Positions 62,883 to 64,000 of a DNA stretch of 64,000 nt are shown piece by piece. The stretch is from Selaginella moellendorffii. Taxonomy: Eukaryota; Plantae; Lycopodiophyta. Both the position numbers and the translations under genes were made by a program. The notes under the pieces are model-generated. The model was not told the origin of the DNA. It saw nothing but the letters and a program-made list of their open reading frames with translations, and ran no database searches. Numbering within the stretch: the first letter of the stretch is position 1; the number at the start of each line of letters is the position of its first letter. The stretch spans positions 1,882,463 through 1,946,462 of the forward strand of contig NW_003314266.1 in assembly GCF_000143415.4 (NCBI RefSeq), given 5' to 3'.

Positions 62883-64000
62883 ATGGAGGCTATGGCGGAG
62901 ACGAAATGCATCAATGCGCCGCCGAGAATGCGCAGGTGAGGCAAATGCTCGGCGAAAAGATGCGATTTTTAAAACTTCTTTTTTTCAGGTATGCTGTGGC
63001 TGGAGCAGGATTTGCTGGTGTTTCCGTGGCCTGGCATCTCTTACAGGTTCTTTTTCTCGGCAATGATCGTTGATCGGTCACGCGTTTCCTTAGAGGTTTT
63101 CTTTTTGGTTTTTACTTTCGCGCAGTTCACGAATCCATCCGTGTCAGTCAGTGTTGAGCTCTTTGATGAGAGAGGCATTGCCGCTGGAGCGTCCGGTGCG
63201 TCCGGAGGATTGCTCCATCCGTTTTCTCCAACAGGTTTGATAGTTTCTTTCGTGTGTTTTTTCCTGAAGATTTGCTGCTCTCTTGCCAGGAAAATTACTC
63301 TGGAAAGGTGCCGAAGGATTTCGAGCATCGCTGGATTTGGTGGCTGTTGCCGAGTCGATGGTCCCAGAAGACGATGAGCCAATCTCATGGAAAAGGTTAG
63401 AACAATTTTTTCTTTGTTCGTATGAAACTTCTCTGAAAGTTTGTGCGTCTATAGGGGGATCTTAAGACCTGCTCTTTGCGAGAAGCACACCCGGAACTTC
63501 CGAAAGGTTGGCTAAAGTTCCTCAAGTTTTTTTTTTCTTTTCTATCGCTTGTTTTCACTAGAATGTGGATTGCAGCAATGGTAGCGCTGGAGCGCCAAGA
63601 ATTCTCACCGCAAGAGAGGCCAGAGAACTACTTCCAGGGCTTTCCATGCAAGACGATCTCCTTGCGTTGCACATCCGCGCGGGAATCAACGTCGATCCAA
63701 AGCGCTACCTGGAAGTAAGTTATCTTCGTTTCTCCTTAGAACTACAGAGCAAAGTTTCGAATCTCACAGGCACTGTGGAAAGCATGCCTCTCGTTCGCAA
63801 ACTCCGCGCGAGTGTCAGGCTGCCCTGGAACGAAAGCATCACTTCACAAGCGTCGCATCGCCAGTATCTGCGATCTCTCAGGTAGGAAGTAACAGTAGCT
63901 TCGGTCGATTCTAACAGGAACATCTCTTTTTTCTCGAAGATTACGACGCTGTGGTACTTTGCCTGGGCGCTCAAGCTCTATTGTTACCAGAACTCCAGGG
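62883..64000 (+). CDS. FAD-dependent oxidoreductase (DAO family), multi-exon, truncated by window end
   Basis: RYAVAGAGFAGVSVAWHL (GxGxxG) and GASGASGGLLHPFSP; many ~55-nt GT-AG introns. Confidence 0.85.

Overview
Eukaryotic plant nuclear DNA. It is most likely a lycophyte such as Selaginella (inferred from tandem SS-type and insertion-bearing L-type PPR motifs, ~50-70 nt introns and very compact gene spacing). Positions 1-25 kb are a nest of LTR retrotransposons: a young full-length Ty3/gypsy chromovirus (7332-14843, TSD GAGGT) inserted in an older inverted copy of its own family, a non-coding LARD-like partner element, a solo LTR, a Cassandra-like TRIM with 5S rRNA-derived LTRs, and decayed gypsy remnants. 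Positions 25-46 kb are a tandem duplication (offset ~11.5 kb) of a TauD/CAS-like dioxygenase, two divergent PLS-PPR genes and a LEA_2 gene. Positions 46-64 kb hold a probable gene-capturing Helitron (with an RCL1 pseudogene), two tail-to-tail TauD paralogues, WDR76/CMR1, catalase, a GATA factor, tRNA-Arg(CCT) and an FAD oxidoreductase. The main discovery is that the chromovirus carries tiny spliceosomal introns whose removal exactly restores its integrase frame. It also has a candidate intron that would excise the primer-binding site, and a covarying tRNA-like double-T-loop RNA shared with its non-autonomous partner. Together these suggest a splicing-gated split between translated and replicated RNA.
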